Shown here one piece after another: positions 62,796 to 64,000 of a stretch of DNA of 64,000 bases (position 1 is the first letter of the stretch; each line of letters opens with the position of its first letter). The notes under the pieces are model-generated. The model had not been told where the DNA came from, ran no database searches, and worked only from the letters and a program-made list of their open reading frames with translations. This DNA is from Mobula hypostoma (lineage: Eukaryota), in assembly GCF_963921235.1 (NCBI RefSeq), contig NC_086097.1, forward strand, positions 90,770,001 through 90,834,000, in the 5' to 3' direction. A program made the translations under genes and the position numbers.

Positions 62796-64000
62796 TAGAA
62801 ACATAGAAACATAGAAAATAGGTGCAGGAGTAGGCCATTCAGCCCTTCGAGCCTGCACCGCCATTTATTATGATCATGGCTGATCATCCAACTCAGAACC
62901 CCGCCCCAGCCTTCCCTCCATACCCCCTGACCCCTGTAGCCACAAGGGCCATATCTAACTCCCTCTTAAACATAGCCAATGAACTGGCCTCAACTGTTTC
63001 CTGTGGCAGAGAATTCCACAGATTCACCACTCTCTGTGTGAAGAAGTTTTTCCCAATCTCGGTCCTAAAAGGCTTCCCCTCTATCCTCAAACTGTGACCC
63101 CTCGTTCTGGACTTCCCCAACATCGGGAATAATCTTCCTGCATCTAGCCTGTCCAATCCCTTTAGGATCTTATACGTTTCAATCAGATCCCCCCTCAATC
63201 TTCTAAATTCCAATGAGTACAAGCCCAGTTCATCCAGTCTTTCTTCATATGAAAGTCCTGCCATCCCAGGAATCAATCTGGTGAACCTTCTTTGTACTCC
63301 CTCTATGGCAAAGATGTCTTTCCTCAGATTAGGGGACCAAAACTGCACACAATGCTCCAGGTGTGGTCTCACCAAGGCCTTGTACAACTGCAGTAGTACC
63401 TCCCTGCTCCTGTACTCGAATCCTCTCGCTATAAATGCCAGCATACCATTCGCCTTTTTCACCACCTGCTGTACCTGCATGCCCACTTTCAATGACTGGT
63501 GTATAATGACACCCAGGTCTCGTTGCACCTCCCCTTTTCCTAATCGGCCACCATTCAGATAATAATCTGTCTTCCTATTTTTGCCACCAAAGTGGATAAC
63601 TTCACATTTATCCACATTAAATTGCATCTGCCATGAGTTTGCCCACTCCCCCAACCTATCCAAGTCACCCTGCATCCTCTTAGCATCCTCCTCACTGCTA
63701 ACACTGCCACCCAGCTTCGTGTCATCTGCAAACTTGGAGATGCTGCATTTAATTCCCTCATCCAAGTCATTAATATATATTGTAAACAACTGGGGTCCCA
63801 GCACTGAGCCTTGCGGTACCCCACTAGTCACCGCCTGCCATTCTGAAAAGGTCCCGTTTATTCCCACTCTTTGCTTCCTGTCTGCTAACCAATTCTCCAC
63901 CCACACCAATACCTTACCCCCAATACCGTGTGCTTTAAGTTTGCACACTAATCTCCTGTGTGGGACCTTGTCAAAAGCCTTTTGAAAATCCAAATATACC
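62796..64000 (-). mobile_element. Young CR1 3' part with an intact RT C-terminal frame (62893-63993), running off the window
   Basis: [25 protein letters not shown]; (TTTCTATG)n tail; near-identical to 12844-14060. Confidence 0.95.

Overview
Eukaryotic, repeat-dominated vertebrate DNA; the repeat spectrum suggests a cartilaginous fish, probably a ray (inference). Most of the window is nested retroelements: many CR1 LINE copies (three young and near-identical), Rex1/Babar, L1 and Tx1 remnants, tRNA-derived SINEs and Penelope-derived short repeats. It also holds four Gypsy LTR elements (one only a 3' end) and four solo LTRs. No host gene is recognisable, but four phase-compatible candidate exons on the minus strand (42.2 to 28.3 kb) may encode a small membrane protein. 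Highlights: (1) a conserved UUUAAAC-type slippery heptamer directly before the ORF1 stop position in four diverged CR1 copies; in the two best-preserved junctions an AUG-less ORF2 is open in the -1 frame, a candidate programmed -1 ribosomal frameshift; (2) a very young Gmr1-like LTR element with apparently identical LTRs and a tRNA-Pro PBS, whose single 952-aa ORF keeps Gag and protease but only collapsed, in-frame INT/RT remnants; (3) a minimal hammerhead ribozyme motif in a 344-bp Penelope-derived insertion with a 14-bp TSD. Boundaries of decayed repeats are approximate and family names come from motif recognition, not database searches.
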